A stretch of 32,000 nt of DNA from Acidimicrobiales bacterium (GTDB lineage Bacteria > Actinomycetota > Acidimicrobiia > Acidimicrobiales > Salinilacustritrichaceae). The stretch is from contig DASTYO010000154.1 of assembly GCA_035764875.1 (NCBI GenBank), forward strand, positions 1,503-33,502, written 5' to 3'. The first letter of the stretch is position 1. Every line of letters starts with the position of its first letter. The translations under genes were made by a program, and so were the position numbers. Under the pieces are notes generated by a model that saw only the letters and a list, made by a program, of their open reading frames with translations, did no database searches and was not told where the DNA came from. Positions 9,201-18,153 of the stretch are shown here, one piece after another.

Positions 9201-9257
9201 GTAGCCCGTCCGGGAGCCCCCTTGCCTCCCCCGTGCCCGGGCGCGTAGGCCGGGGCG

Positions 9258-10367
9258 ATGCTGGACTGGGTCCCACGGTGGCTGCGCTGGGTGTTCGGCG
9301 CGCTCGTGATGGGCCTCGTGGTCTGGTTCCTGGTCATCCCCCAGTTCTCCGAGGCCGAGGACTCCCTCGACGCGATCAGCGACGTGCACGTCGGCTACGT
9401 CGTGCTCGGCGGCCTGCTGGTCGCTGCCGCGGTCGCCGCCCAGGCCGAGCTCACCCGGGTCGTGCTGCCCGAGGGCGAGCAGCCCGGCCTGTTCGCCATG
9501 GTCCGCATCGAGCTGGCCACGACGGCGGTCAGCCACACCGTGCCGGGCGGGACGGCGGCCGGCACCGCGCTGGCGTACCGGTTGCTCACGCAGGCGGGCG
9601 TCACCGGACCCTCCGCCGGGTTCGCGCTCGGCATCCGTGGCATCGGCTCGGCGCTCGTGCTCAACGTGCTGCTGTGGGCCGCGCTGGTCGTGTCGATCCC
9701 GACCCGCGGCTTCGACCCCCGCTACACCACGGCGGCCCTGCTCGGCTCGCTGCTGCTCACGGTCGTCGGCGTCATCGTGGTCGGGCTGCTCCGCGCCCCC
9801 GCCGCGACCACGCGCCTGGTCTGCCGGCTCGTGCGGCCGATCCCGTTCGTCGCCGGCGACCGCGTGCCGGCCCTCATCGACCGGCTGTCGGCGCAGCTGC
9901 GCCAGCTCGTCTCCGACCGGGGCCTCGCCGTCCGCTCCACCGCCTGGTCGGCGGTGTACTGGCTGGCGCTCGCCGCCGCGCTGTGGATCCTGCTGTACGC
10001 CTTCGGCTGGACGGGCGACCCGGTGTCGGTGATGGTGGCGTTCGGGCTCGTCAACGTGCTCGCCGCGCTGCCGGTGACCCCGCGCGGGCTCGGCGTGCTC
10101 GAGGCGGTGCTCATCCCGATGCTGGTCGGCTTCGGCTCGCCCGTGGTGGTCGCCACGCTCGGGGTGATCAGCTGGCGGCTCCTGTCGTTCTGGGCGCCCA
10201 TCCCGCTCGGCACGATCAGCTACCTCTCGATCCGGCTGTCCCAACCCGAGGTCGCGGGAGCGGCGAGCCGCAAGCAGGCCACCGGCGAGCTCGCCGAGGC
10301 CGGTCGCACGGGCCGCGAGTCCTTCGGCGACTGGGCCGAGCGCCACGGCCTCCGCCGGCCCGACTGA
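9258..10367 (+). CDS. UPF0104/YbhN-type integral membrane protein (lysyl-PG synthase TM-region-like, flippase-like)
   Basis: Multiple hydrophobic helices and a SHTVPGGTAAGTALAYRLLTQAGV loop resembling the conserved P-x-GG/aGE..R block of this family. The opposite-strand 748-aa ORF is an R/D/G/P-rich shadow. Confidence 0.75.
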   Translation: MLDWVPRWLRWVFGALVMGLVVWFLVIPQFSEAEDSLDAISDVHVGYVVLGGLLVAAAVAAQAELTRVVLPEGEQPGLFAMVRIELATTAVSHTVPGGTAAGTALAYRLLTQAGVTGPSAGFALGIRGIGSALVLNVLLWAALVVSIPTRGFDPRYTTAALLGSLLLTVVGVIVVGLLRAPAATTRLVCRLVRPIPFVAGDRVPALIDRLSAQLRQLVSDRGLAVRSTAWSAVYWLALAAALWILLYAFGWTGDPVSVMVAFGLVNVLAALPVTPRGLGVLEAVLIPMLVGFGSPVVVATLGVISWRLLSFWAPIPLGTISYLSIRLSQPEVAGAASRKQATGELAEAGRTGRESFGDWAERHGLRRPD

Positions 10368-10390
10368 GCTCCGCCGCGGGCGCGGCCCGA

Positions 10391-10690
10391 TCACGTGGAG
10401 CCGGTGACGCCCTCGACGACGTAGATCCGCGATCGCGCAGCGCCCTCACGGAGCTCCCGGATCTGGGTGTACTCCTCGCTTCGATACCACTCGAGAGCCG
10501 CTCGCTTCGTCGGGAACTCGAGGACGACGGTGCGCCCGGGCGGCGCGTCGCCCTCGAGGACCTCGATGTCGCCACCTCGGACGATGTAGCGCCCGCCGGC
10601 CGCGAGGATGCTCGAGGCCGCCGCCTGCTTGTACACCTCGTACCGCTCCGGATCTGTGACCTCGCCTTGGTAGATCACGTATGCGGACAT
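10391..10690 (-). CDS. DUF1330 domain protein
   Basis: 99 aa. MSAYVIYQGEVTDPERYEVYKQAA...VVLEFPTKRAALEWYRSEEYTQIRELR is the typical DUF1330 (dimeric alpha-beta barrel-like) pattern. Strong GGGAGGAGG SD. Confidence 0.85.
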   Translation of the reverse strand: MSAYVIYQGEVTDPERYEVYKQAAASSILAAGGRYIVRGGDIEVLEGDAPPGRTVVLEFPTKRAALEWYRSEEYTQIRELREGAARSRIYVVEGVTGST

Positions 10691-10782
10691 GCGCGCCTCC
10701 TCCCTGGTCTGTCGAGAGCCGCACCATCGTGCCTCTCGCCTCGGTCCCGATGCTCCGACGATTCCTCCACCTCGGAGCGACA

Positions 10783-10833
10783 GCCGTGGCCGCCTCGGAT
10801 GCCACGGCGGCGCACGTCACACATGTCGTGCGC
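10783..10833. promoter_or_regulatory. two back-to-back inverted repeats upstream of the AOX gene
   Basis: GCCGTGGC-10nt-GCCACGGC (10783-10808) is followed immediately by GCGCACG-10nt-CGTGCGC (10810-10833). The pair ends 45 nt before the AOX ATG. Confidence 0.3.
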
Positions 10834-10878
10834 GCTGGTGAGGTATCGACGGATCACGGCCCCGACCAGGAGGAGCCC

Positions 10879-11604
10879 ATGACCGTCGCACCCCACGCCT
10901 CCCCGGCCGGACCCGTGACCGCCGCCATCGGCGAGCGGCCGCCGTTCGGCCCGATGGAGCCGCTCGACCACGAGCGCCTCGTCGAGGAGCACCGCCGCTC
11001 CCTCGCCAGCCCCCGCCGCCGGTACTCGCGGAGCGCCCGGCTGCTCTTCGCGGTGATGGACCGCCTGTACGGCGAGGAACCCACGCTCGAGAAGTTCCGC
11101 GTCCTCGAGCTGGTGGCTCGCGTGCCGTACCAGGCGTGGGAGCACGTCGCCTACGTGGCCGTCACCCACACGGCGCGTCGGACCCGCCTCGCCCGGCGGA
11201 TCTTCGACCGCGTCCGGACCTCGCGCTTCGAGCAGGACAACGAGCAGTGGCACCTCCTGATCCTCGAGGACCTCACCGCCGGTGCGCCGCGGACCTTCGT
11301 ACGAGGCACGCTGGTGCCGCAGGTGCTGGCCTTCGCCTACTACCAGCTCTCCTGGCTGCTCTACGCGATCCGGCCCGCCTGGTCCTACCGGCTGAACGCC
11401 GACTTCGAGGACCACGCCGAGCACGAGTACGCGCACCTCGTGGCCGAGCACCCCGAGTGGGAGGACGTGCCCTACGACGGGCAGTTCACGGACGAGTTCG
11501 GCTCCTACCGGAGCCTGGCCGACCTGTTCCGCCAGATCTGCCACGACGAGCGGCTGCACAAGGAGGAGAGCGAGCTGCGGATGGCGCAACCCCGCCTCGG
11601 GTAG
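10879..11604 (+). CDS. aox: alternative oxidase (AOX/PTOX-type di-iron carboxylate quinol oxidase) family protein
   Basis: ATG 10879 follows AGGAGGAG. The four AOX iron-ligand blocks are present in order: LELVARVPY (E), DNEQWHLL (ExxH), FEDHAEHEY (E), CHDERLHKEE (ExxH). The track ORF start at 10681 is an upstream extension. Confidence 0.8.
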   Translation: MTVAPHASPAGPVTAAIGERPPFGPMEPLDHERLVEEHRRSLASPRRRYSRSARLLFAVMDRLYGEEPTLEKFRVLELVARVPYQAWEHVAYVAVTHTARRTRLARRIFDRVRTSRFEQDNEQWHLLILEDLTAGAPRTFVRGTLVPQVLAFAYYQLSWLLYAIRPAWSYRLNADFEDHAEHEYAHLVAEHPEWEDVPYDGQFTDEFGSYRSLADLFRQICHDERLHKEESELRMAQPRLG

Positions 11605-11648
11605 CCGGTCGGTACCGGGCTGGGCGCTGGCATGCTGGACGGCTGCCC

Positions 11649-14600
11649 ATGGCCCCCGAGACCGCCACGCCCACCGCCACCGACCTGCGCGCCCGCCTCG
11701 ACGAGGCGAGCATCGCCGACGCGCACCGCCTGGGGCGGCGGCTGCGCGGGCTGAAGCGCAAGAAGGGCGAGGCACGGGAGCGGGCGCTGCGCGACATCGC
11801 AGCGCAGCTCGAACGGTCGATCGCGTCCGTGGCGGCGAAGCGCGCGTCGGCGGTCGCCCCGACGTACCCCGACGAGCTGCCCATCACCGCACGCCACGAC
11901 GAGCTGCTCGAGGTGCTGCGCGACAACCAGGTCGTCATCGTCGCCGGCGAGACCGGCTCGGGGAAGAGCACGCAGCTGCCCAAGCTGTGCCTCGAGCTCG
12001 GGCGCGGCGTGCGTGGGCTCGTCGGCCACACCCAGCCCCGGCGGATCGCCGCCCGCTCGGTCGCCGAGCGCGTGGCCGAGGAGCTCGGCGTCGAGGTCGG
12101 CGGGCAGGTCGGCTACGCCGTCCGGTTCACCGACCAGGTGGGCGACGACACCCGCCTCAAGGTGATGACCGACGGCATCCTGCTCAACGAGCTCCAGCGC
12201 GATCGCCTGCTGCTCGCCTACGACACGATCATCGTCGACGAGGCCCACGAGCGGAGCCTGAACATCGACTTCATCCTCGGCTACCTCAAGGAGCTGCTGC
12301 CGCGCCGGCCGGACCTCAAGGTCGTCGTCACGTCGGCCACCATCGACACCGAGCGCTTCGCCGAGCACTTCGCCGACGAGTCGGGCCCCGCGCCCATCGT
12401 GGAGGTGTCGGGTCGCACCTACCCGGTGGAGATGCGGTACCGGCCCGACGCCGACACCGGCGACCCGCCGGACGACACGGTGCAGGCCGTGGCCGACGCC
12501 GTGCAGGAGCTGGTGCGGGAGGGCCCCGGCGACGTGCTCGTCTTCGCATCGGGCGAGCGCGAGATCCGCGACATGGCCGACGCGGTCGAGGGGCTCCGGC
12601 TCCCCGGCACCGAGGTGCTCCCGCTGTTCGCCCGCCTCTCCTCGGCCGAGCAGCACCGGGTGTTCGCCCGCCACGGCAACCGCCGCATCGTCATCGCCAC
12701 GAACATCGCCGAGACGTCGATCACCGTGCCCGGCATCCGGTACGTCGTCGATCCCGGCACCGCCCGCATCTCCCGCTACAGCAAGCGCACGAAGGTCCAG
12801 CGCCTGCCCATCGAGCCGGTGTCCCAGGCCAGCGCCGACCAGCGGGCCGGGCGCTGCGGCCGCGTCGCGCCCGGCATCTGCATCCGCCTCTACTCGCAGG
12901 AGCACTACGACGCCCGGCCCGAGTTCACCGAGCCCGAGATCCTGCGCACAAACCTCGCTTCGGTCATCCTGCAGATGACCGCCATCGGCCTCGGCGACGT
13001 CGAGTCGTTCCCGTTCGTCGAGCCGCCCGACCGGCGCAACGTCGCCGATGGCGTGACCCTGCTGGAGGAGCTCGGCGCCCTCGAGCTCGACCGGCCCGCG
13101 GACGACCGGCGCCTCACCGAGCTGGGCCGCCGCCTCGCCCGCCTCCCGCTCGACCCGAGTCTCGGTCGCATGGTGCTGGAGGCCGAGCGCAACCGGTGCG
13201 TCCACGAGGTGATGGTCATCGTGGCCGGCCTGTCGATCCAGGACCCGCGGGAGCGACCCACGGGGCAGGAGGAGCGGGCCGGCCAGCTCCACGCCCGCTT
13301 CCGGGTGCCGGGCTCGGACTTCCTGGGCTACCTCGCGCTGTGGGACCACGTGAAGGAGCGCCAGCGGGAGCTGTCGTCGTCGCGGTTCCGCCGCGAGTGC
13401 CGGGACGAGCACCTCCACTTCGTGCGCCTGCGCGAGTGGCAGGACGTGTACACCCAGATCCGCCAGGTGGTGCGCAGCCTGGGCATCGCCATCGACCGCC
13501 AGCCCGCCGAGGCCGACGCCATCCACCGGGCGCTGCTGTCGGGGCTGCTCGCCAACGTCGGGGCGCGGGACGACGACGGCGGTCCCGGCGACGGGGACGG
13601 CCGGCGGCGGGACGCCCGATCGCGCGGGCCGGTCGAGTACGTGGGGCCGCGCAGCGCCCGCTTCGCGCTCGCTCGCGGCTCGGTGCTGGCCAAGAGCCCG
13701 CCCCGCTGGGTGATGGTGGCCGAGATCGTGGAGACCAACCGCCTGTGGGCCCGCACCGCGGCCACGGTCCAGCCGGCCTGGATCGAGCAGGCGGCGGCGC
13801 ACCTCGTCACCCGCACCTACGACGCGCCCCACTGGAACCCCGACCGGGGTGCGGCCCAGGTGGTCGAGCGGGTCCGGCTGCGGGCGCTCACCATCGTCGA
13901 GGGCCGGACCATCAACCTCGACCGGGTCGACCGCCGCCTCGCCCGCGAGCTCCTGATCCGGCACGCGCTCGTGCGCGGCGAGTGGGACACCCACCACGCG
14001 TTCGTCGAGCGCAACGCGGAGCGGGTCGCCGAGGTGCGGGCCATGGAGGACCGGGCCCGCCGGCGCGACATCCTCGTCGACGAGGACGTGGTGCACGACT
14101 TCTTCGACGCCCGCGTCCCGGACGACGTCACCGACGTGCGGCGGTTCGACCGGTGGTGGCGCGACGCCCAGCAGGACGATCCGCACCTGCTCGACCTGTC
14201 GGTCGCCGACCTGGTCGAGGACGAGGCCGCCGACCTGGACGAGCATGCGTTCCCCGAGCGGCTGGAGGCACCCCTCGATCGCGGCGCCACCGCCGAGATC
14301 CGCCTCGACTACGACTTCGACCCCGGCCGCGAGTCCGACGGCGTCACCTTCGAGATCCCGGTGGCCGTCCTCAACCGCACCGATCCCGAGCCGTTCGAGT
14401 GGCTGGTCCCCGGGCTGCGGGCGGAGCTGGTCGCCGCCCACGTCAAGGCGCTGCCGAAGCCGATCCGCCGGGCGCTCGTGCCGGCCCCCGACCGGGCCGC
14501 CGAGGTCGTGGCCCGGGTGGGTCCCGACGACGGGCCGCTGCGGGCGGTGCTGGCCGCCGAGCTGAGCCGCATGGCCGGCGTGCCGGTCACCGCCGACATG

Positions 14601-15611
14601 TGGGACGGACTGGTGCTCCCGCGCCACCTGCGCCCTCGGTACCGGGTGGTGGAGGAGGGCCGCACGCTCGCCGAGGGCGACGACCTGCAGGCGCTCGCGC
14701 GCCGGCTGCGCGCCCACGTGCGCGCCACGGTCGTGTCGCAGGCGCCCGAGCTCGAGCGCGACGGCCTCACGTCGTGGTCGTTCGGGACGCTGCCCCGGGT
14801 GGTCGAGACCACGCTCGACGGCCTGCCGGTGCAGGGCTACCCGGCCGTCATCGACACCGACGACTCGGTCGGCGTGCGCATCCTCGCCTCGGTCGAGCAG
14901 CAGCGAGCGCTGCACTGGAACGGCGTGCGTCGCCTCCTCGCCCTGCAGCTCGGCCGGCCGGCCCGGCAGCTGCAGCAGCGGATCGACTCCCGGGTGCTGC
15001 TCGGCCTGACGAGCGCGCCGCACGGCACGGTGACCGGCGCCGTCGACGACGCGCTCCACGGAGTGCTCGACGCCCTGCTGCTCGCCGCCGGCGGCCCGCC
15101 CTTCGACCAGGCCGGGTTCGAGGCGCTGCTGCGCACCGTGCGAGGCCGCTGGCTCGACGACCTCGTGGGGGTGGTGACCACGCTGTCCGAGGTCGTGCAG
15201 CATGCGGCCCGCATCCGGGACCGCCTGGCCCAGCCGGCGCCCGCGTCGTGGTCGGCCTCGCTCGACGACGTCACCGACCAGGTCGCCCGGCTCGTGTTCG
15301 ACGGCATGGTGGTCAGCATCGGCACCGACCGCCTCGCCCACCTGCCCCGCTACCTCGACGCCGTCGACGTCCGGCTCGACAAGCTCCGGGAGAGCCCGGC
15401 CAAGGACGTCGAGCGGATGCGCACCATCCAGCGGCTGGAGGGCGCCCACGCCGAGCTCGTCGCCGTCCACGGCCTCACCGCTGCCCTCGACGACGTGCGC
15501 TGGCTCATCGAGGAGCTGCGCGTGCAGCTGTTCGCCCAGCAGCTCGGCACGGCGGTCTCGGTGAGCGACCGGCGCATCATGGAGCGCCTCCACAAGATCC
15601 GCCGCCCCTGA
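11649..15611 (+). CDS. hrpA: ATP-dependent RNA helicase HrpA (DEAH-box)
   Basis: GETGSGKSTQLP (motif I), DEAHERS (motif II), SATID, TNIAETSITV, QRAGRCGR, and a long HrpA-type C-terminal region. ~1320 aa from ATG 11649 (MAPETATPTATDLRARLDE). Confidence 0.95.
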   Translation: MAPETATPTATDLRARLDEASIADAHRLGRRLRGLKRKKGEARERALRDIAAQLERSIASVAAKRASAVAPTYPDELPITARHDELLEVLRDNQVVIVAGETGSGKSTQLPKLCLELGRGVRGLVGHTQPRRIAARSVAERVAEELGVEVGGQVGYAVRFTDQVGDDTRLKVMTDGILLNELQRDRLLLAYDTIIVDEAHERSLNIDFILGYLKELLPRRPDLKVVVTSATIDTERFAEHFADESGPAPIVEVSGRTYPVEMRYRPDADTGDPPDDTVQAVADAVQELVREGPGDVLVFASGEREIRDMADAVEGLRLPGTEVLPLFARLSSAEQHRVFARHGNRRIVIATNIAETSITVPGIRYVVDPGTARISRYSKRTKVQRLPIEPVSQASADQRAGRCGRVAPGICIRLYSQEHYDARPEFTEPEILRTNLASVILQMTAIGLGDVESFPFVEPPDRRNVADGVTLLEELGALELDRPADDRRLTELGRRLARLPLDPSLGRMVLEAERNRCVHEVMVIVAGLSIQDPRERPTGQEERAGQLHARFRVPGSDFLGYLALWDHVKERQRELSSSRFRRECRDEHLHFVRLREWQDVYTQIRQVVRSLGIAIDRQPAEADAIHRALLSGLLANVGARDDDGGPGDGDGRRRDARSRGPVEYVGPRSARFALARGSVLAKSPPRWVMVAEIVETNRLWARTAATVQPAWIEQAAAHLVTRTYDAPHWNPDRGAAQVVERVRLRALTIVEGRTINLDRVDRRLARELLIRHALVRGEWDTHHAFVERNAERVAEVRAMEDRARRRDILVDEDVVHDFFDARVPDDVTDVRRFDRWWRDAQQDDPHLLDLSVADLVEDEAADLDEHAFPERLEAPLDRGATAEIRLDYDFDPGRESDGVTFEIPVAVLNRTDPEPFEWLVPGLRAELVAAHVKALPKPIRRALVPAPDRAAEVVARVGPDDGPLRAVLAAELSRMAGVPVTADMWDGLVLPRHLRPRYRVVEEGRTLAEGDDLQALARRLRAHVRATVVSQAPELERDGLTSWSFGTLPRVVETTLDGLPVQGYPAVIDTDDSVGVRILASVEQQRALHWNGVRRLLALQLGRPARQLQQRIDSRVLLGLTSAPHGTVTGAVDDALHGVLDALLLAAGGPPFDQAGFEALLRTVRGRWLDDLVGVVTTLSEVVQHAARIRDRLAQPAPASWSASLDDVTDQVARLVFDGMVVSIGTDRLAHLPRYLDAVDVRLDKLRESPAKDVERMRTIQRLEGAHAELVAVHGLTAALDDVRWLIEELRVQLFAQQLGTAVSVSDRRIMERLHKIRRP

Positions 15612-15632
15612 GGGCGCCGGCTCGGTGCGGCG

Positions 15633-16805
15633 GTGTCCGGTCTGTCACGCTTGGGGGCGATGATCGATCTCACGGTCGCGTCGATCCCCGTGTACTTCGC
15701 CACCATGGGCGCCGAGTACCGCTACCTGAAGGCGCGTGCGGGCGAGCAGGGCCCGAGCCCGGCCGACTACACCGAGAAGGACACGGCCACGTCGCTGGCC
15801 ATGGGCGTGGGCTCGCTCATCGCCCCGCTGGTGCTGCCCCGCCTCGTGCGCGACGTCGTGCCCGGCAAGGGCAAGCACGGCAAGGCGCTCATCGGCGTGG
15901 CCGCCGCCGCGGCGGTGGCCGCCACCGTGGCCGACCGGGTCGCCGAAGGCGCGCCGGCCGACGCCGACTGCACGCCGGCCGCCGACCGGCGACGCCGACG
16001 GGCGCGCCTCGCCGACCGGGTGCGACGGATCGCCGGCCCGGTGGCCGTGGGCGCCGGGACGCTCGCCGCCAGCACCACCTTCGCCACCCGGACGAACCCC
16101 GAGGTCCAGTGGCGGCGGAAGGGGCACGAGCGCGACCGCGGCACCGGGCCGCTGGCGTGGGCGGCAGCCATCGCCGGCTGGGACTTCATCTACTACTGGA
16201 ACCACCGGTTCATGCACGAGGTGCGTGGCCTGTGGGCCATCCACGTCGTGCACCACTCGAGCGAGCGCTACAACCTCTCCACCGCGCTGCGCCAGCCGGT
16301 GGCCGACATCCTCGGCGTGTGGGTGCCCTACGGCGTGCTCGCCCGGGCCGGCATCCGCCCGCACCTCGTCACCCAGGCCCGCGCCGTCAACCTGCTGTAC
16401 CAGTACTGGATCCACACCGAGGTGATCCGCTCGCTCGGCCCCGCCGAGGAGGTGCTGAACACGCCGTCGCACCATCGGGTCCACCACGGCTCGCAGCGCC
16501 AGTACCTCGACCGCAACCACGGCTCCATCCTCATCGTGTGGGACCGCCTGTTCGGCACGTTCGAGCGCGAGGGCGAGCGGGTGGTCTACGGCCTCACCCG
16601 CAACATCGAGACGTTCAACCCGGTGAAGGTGGCCACGCACGAGTACCGCGACATCGTGCGCGACATCGCCGGGTCCACCACGTGGCGCGACCGGTTGTCG
16701 TTCGTCCTCCGCGGCCCGGGTTGGGCCTACGAGCGCCACCACCAGCTCGCCGCCGCGGGCGAGCCCATCGTCGACGACCCCGACGACGCCGTCACCGCCG
16801 CCTGA
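15633..16805 (+). CDS. fatty acid hydroxylase / sterol desaturase superfamily membrane protein
   Basis: Three His boxes: HRFMHE, HVVHHSSE, HHRVHHGS. It carries an Ala/Arg-rich low-complexity insert before the catalytic region. The start could be GTG 15633 or ATG 15660. Confidence 0.85.
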   Translation: MSGLSRLGAMIDLTVASIPVYFATMGAEYRYLKARAGEQGPSPADYTEKDTATSLAMGVGSLIAPLVLPRLVRDVVPGKGKHGKALIGVAAAAAVAATVADRVAEGAPADADCTPAADRRRRRARLADRVRRIAGPVAVGAGTLAASTTFATRTNPEVQWRRKGHERDRGTGPLAWAAAIAGWDFIYYWNHRFMHEVRGLWAIHVVHHSSERYNLSTALRQPVADILGVWVPYGVLARAGIRPHLVTQARAVNLLYQYWIHTEVIRSLGPAEEVLNTPSHHRVHHGSQRQYLDRNHGSILIVWDRLFGTFEREGERVVYGLTRNIETFNPVKVATHEYRDIVRDIAGSTTWRDRLSFVLRGPGWAYERHHQLAAAGEPIVDDPDDAVTAA

Positions 16806-16814
16806 CCAGCGGTC

Positions 16815-17057
16815 CTACCAACGCAGCTCGATCTCGATCTCGCTGCCCTCCTCGCCGACCTCGACCTCGAGGGAGAACGTCAGCTGCGACGGCACCTTCA
16901 CCGTCGTCTTCAGCCCGTTCAGGTCCACGGAGATCTCGTTGTGGCGGGCCAGCTGGTCGGCCAGGTCGCGGAGCCGCTGCGCCGCCTCCTCGCGGGACAG
17001 CGTCTCTTCGTGCTCGTGCTCGATCAGGTCCTCGGCCATGCCGCGAGCATGCCCCAT
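16815..17057 (-). CDS. amphi-Trp domain protein
   Basis: ETLSREEAAQRLRDLADQLARHNEISVDLNGLKTTVKVPSQLTFSLEVEVGEEGSEIEIELRW shows the acidic beta-rich pattern ending in E-L-x-W that is typical of small amphi-Trp proteins. The start may instead be ATG 17039. Confidence 0.7.
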   Translation of the reverse strand: MGHARGMAEDLIEHEHEETLSREEAAQRLRDLADQLARHNEISVDLNGLKTTVKVPSQLTFSLEVEVGEEGSEIEIELRW

Positions 17058-17069
17058 GCGGCACCGGGG

Positions 17070-18065
17070 TCACAGACCGGCCTCGGTCAGCGCCGCCTCC
17101 GTGCTCGCCCGCCCCAGCGCGATGAGCTCCGGCGCCCGGTGGAACTCGAACATGCGGGCGCTGGCCTTGGGGATCTCGACGAGGACGTCGGGCGGGTAGC
17201 CGGCGAGCTTGTACGAGGTGAGGGTCGCCTGCATGACCTCGTAGGCCATGTTCACGATCTCCAGGCGACCGACGTCGGCCACGTCGACGCCGGGGGCGGG
17301 CGCCGCGGGCGTGGTGCGGTCGGCGCGGGCGAGCATGGCCCGCACCGCCTCCCAGTCGAAGAACCGGGCGGCCCGCCGGCGCAGCGTCACCGGGTCGGTG
17401 GTCGACGGGGGCCCGTCGACGGCCGGGCCCGGCTCGTCGAGCACCGGGGCGGTCACCGGACCGGACGCGCGGGTGGGGGAGTGGCGGCGGACCTCACCGG
17501 AGAGGCTCACGGCGATGGTGATGTCGGCGTGGGCGGGCAGCGTCGGCAGGATGGGCACCGGGTTCATGAGGGCGCCGTCGACGAGCAGCTGATCGCCCGA
17601 GACCACCGGCGTGAAGAGCGACGGGATGGCCACCGAGGCCCGGATGGCATCGGCGAGGCGGCCCTCCTGGAACCACACCTCACGGTGGGAGAGCACGTCG
17701 GTGGCCACCGCGGTGTAGGCGACGGGGAGGTCCTCGATCCGCATGTCGCCCACCATCTCCCGGACGATCGAGAACACCTTCTCGCCGCGGATGGCCCCGC
17801 CGGCCGAGAGGGACAGGTCGACGAGCCGCAGCACGTCGAGCTGGCGCAGGCCGGTGACCCACGCGGTGTACTCGTCGAGGCACCCGGCGGCGTGCACACC
17901 CGCCACCAGCGCGCCCATCGACGAGCCGGCGAGGGCGACGATCTCGAACCCCCGGTCGAGGATCACCTGCAGAGCACCGATGTGCGCGTAGCCCCGGGCA
18001 CCGCCGCTGCCGAGCACCACGGCTGCGGTGCGAGGACGGTCATCGGCCGCGGCCATGCCCTGCAT
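17070..18065 (-). CDS. patatin-like phospholipase
   Basis: Oxyanion GSGGARG, nucleophile elbow GSSMGA (GxSxG), catalytic Asp in DGAL. Confidence 0.9.
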   Translation of the reverse strand: MQGMAAADDRPRTAAVVLGSGGARGYAHIGALQVILDRGFEIVALAGSSMGALVAGVHAAGCLDEYTAWVTGLRQLDVLRLVDLSLSAGGAIRGEKVFSIVREMVGDMRIEDLPVAYTAVATDVLSHREVWFQEGRLADAIRASVAIPSLFTPVVSGDQLLVDGALMNPVPILPTLPAHADITIAVSLSGEVRRHSPTRASGPVTAPVLDEPGPAVDGPPSTTDPVTLRRRAARFFDWEAVRAMLARADRTTPAAPAPGVDVADVGRLEIVNMAYEVMQATLTSYKLAGYPPDVLVEIPKASARMFEFHRAPELIALGRASTEAALTEAGL

Positions 18066-18075
18066 CCTTGCCGAT

Positions 18076-18103
18076 GCGTCCGGTCGGGCGCACCGGGGGA
18101 CGC
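18076..18103. promoter_or_regulatory. imperfect inverted repeat in the 88-bp patatin/hydrogenase divergent region
   Basis: GCGTCCGGT-cgggcgc-ACC(ggg)GGACGC. The outer 6-bp arms are perfect and the inner 3 bp pair after a 3-nt bulge. It ends ~50 nt upstream of the first hydrogenase-operon gene. Confidence 0.2.
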
Positions 18104-18153
18104 ACGGTGACCTAGGGCTCTAGCGCCCGGACCGCCGTCGTTCGGACCATGAG

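Noticed and set aside
9162-10394. Upstream 411 codons of the 748-aa minus-strand ORF 8148-10394
   Set aside because: This part is antisense to the UPF0104/YbhN-type membrane protein gene and is R/D/G/H/P-rich. The real gene starts at ATG 9161, which has an SD.
11505-17125. Giant ORFs 11505-15593(-) (1362 aa) and 11987-17125(+) (1712 aa)
   Set aside because: These are shadow ORFs of hrpA and its neighbours, typical of very high-GC DNA. The products are monotonous R/P/G/A/H strings. The hrpA frame carries all helicase motifs.
18066-18153. DosR-type operator upstream of the hydrogenase operon (by analogy with mycobacterial Hyd3 regulation)
   Set aside because: GGGGACgcacgGTGACC has only one GGGAC half-site. 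The second half does not read GTCCC, so there is no credible match to the 20-bp DosR palindrome.
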